From NCBI GenBank assembly GCA_016205025.1, contig JACQJO010000002.1, positions 17,154 to 81,153 of the forward strand: DNA of 64,000 bases. Direction: 5' to 3'. Below, one piece after another: positions 63,383 to 64,000 of this stretch. The notes under the pieces are model-generated. The model did not search any database and was not told the origin of the DNA. It worked only from the letters and a program-made list of their open reading frames with translations. This DNA comes from Elusimicrobiota bacterium. Lineage in GTDB: Bacteria; Elusimicrobiota; Elusimicrobia; JACQPE01. Every line of letters starts with the position of its first letter. Positions within the stretch are counted from its first letter, which is position 1. The translations under genes were made by a program, and so were the position numbers.

Positions 63383-63788
63383 TACCAACGAGTATCTTTT
63401 CGCCTTTGGCCGCGAAAAATACCAGCCCGCCATTGAACTATTGACCCTTCTGGAGAATTCTTGCGAACGCCATCAAATTCGCATCTGCCAAACAATCGTC
63501 GAAGAAGTGCGGCGCAACATCCCTGCAGAGCTTATGCGCCCATTCATTGCGTACGCCCAATCTCTGACTACGGTTGACGACGATTACCTTATTCCCGCCA
63601 ACCTGTTCGCCAAATACGAATCTATCGGTCTAAAGCCTGGCGACGCATTTATCGGGGCCTATGCCGAATTTGTAGGCGCCCAGGCCATTGTTTCTGAGAA
63701 CCGCAGGCACTTCCACAAATATCGAGACAAGTTTCCATTCGCCGTTTGGGACGCCGCCGCCTGTTTAAAAGAACTTAAAAAGGGGTGA
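63366..63788 (+). CDS. PIN-domain (VapC-like) ribonuclease toxin
   Basis: TTG start. LLVIDTNEYLFAF carries the first acidic residue; later acidic residues lie in VEEV and GDAFIGAYA. 140 aa. Confidence 0.6.
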   Translation: MLLVIDTNEYLFAFGREKYQPAIELLTLLENSCERHQIRICQTIVEEVRRNIPAELMRPFIAYAQSLTTVDDDYLIPANLFAKYESIGLKPGDAFIGAYAEFVGAQAIVSENRRHFHKYRDKFPFAVWDAAACLKELKKG

Positions 63789-63832
63789 GCTTTGTATTCT
63801 TTCAATATTTACAAAAGGCAATAAGGGGTCAA

Positions 63833-64000
63833 ATGAATCTTAGCAGGCTCAATTTAAATACGGTACTAAAAATATGCGCTTGCGTTGGAATTGTGCTCGG
63901 CAGTCTTTCCATTTTCTACTACCTCGTTATTTTTCTTCCGAGAATAGCGCAACAAAAAATAGACATCCGGCAACAAGAAAAAGAAGAAGCTAAGAGAAAG
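63833..64000 (+). CDS. Partial CDS (5' end) of a membrane-anchored protein
   Basis: AAGGGG Shine-Dalgarno 4 nt upstream. MNLSRLNLNTVLKICACVGIVLGSLSIFYYLVIFLP, then a charged segment. Runs off the window. Confidence 0.35.
   Translation, partial: MNLSRLNLNTVLKICACVGIVLGSLSIFYYLVIFLPRIAQQKIDIRQQEKEEAKRK

Noticed and set aside
1-64000. Alternative genetic code (UGA or UAG reassignment), as seen in some uncultivated lineages.
   Set aside because: Long uninterrupted ORFs with standard stops and well-aligned termini (TAATG and ATGA overlaps) fit code 11. No conserved domain is interrupted by in-frame stops.
1-64000. Prophage, transposon or integrative element content.
   Set aside because: I recognised no integrase, transposase, recombinase or phage structural gene. 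The only mobility-suggestive features are the two TA modules and the palindromic repeats.

Overview
Gene-dense chromosomal segment (about 60 CDS, most supported by motifs) from an unidentified bacterium. I recognised no rRNA, tRNA, CRISPR array, transposase or integrase. Positions 1 to about 46.3 kb form one very large surface-glycan biosynthesis locus, built from many short operons of alternating orientation. It holds 7 extended-SDR nucleotide-sugar enzymes and a ColD/E1-type 3-dehydratase candidate (His in place of the Schiff-base Lys). It also holds RfbF/RfbG (CDP-hexose), a CMP-sugar synthetase, a GHMP sugar kinase, a UDP-sugar dehydrogenase, two Gfo/Idh/MocA oxidoreductases, a UXS-like decarboxylase and AsnB. 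Methylation capacity is high: a TylCIII-type C-methyltransferase, four other class I SAM methyltransferases and three cobalamin-type (class B) radical SAM enzymes. Two paralogous radical SAM/SPASM enzymes are also present. Transferases comprise five GT2 enzymes in the locus (a sixth, a close paralogue, lies at 50.4 kb), five multi-pass ArnT/PMT-like (GT-C) membrane proteins, one GT9, one GT4 and one TagF/KpsS-like orphan transferase, plus a Wzx-type flippase. The load of radical SAM chemistry and GT2/GT-C pairs is the main candidate for undescribed biology. From 46.3 to 64 kb come a MazEF-like and a VapBC-like toxin-antitoxin pair and housekeeping genes: thioredoxin-like protein, PlsC-like acyltransferase, cytoplasmic BtuF-like binding protein, M14 peptidase, Mrp/ApbC, PepA, IspH, FolE, EamA transporter, GspE/PilB-type ATPase, a secreted beta-helix protein and Dus. 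Non-coding signals worth a second look are listed here. (1) A ~123-nt structured repeat occurs in two copies whose stems differ by five fully compensated base pairs. (2) A probable decayed in-frame copy sits inside the GT4 gene. (3) A (TCACCCC)4 tract lies in the ispH 5' end. (4) A perfect 23-bp inverted repeat lies inside the EamA gene. (5) A 30-bp-stem hairpin sits 4 nt before the plsC-like start. (6) The BtuF-like gene has a conserved N-terminus with no canonical start codon.
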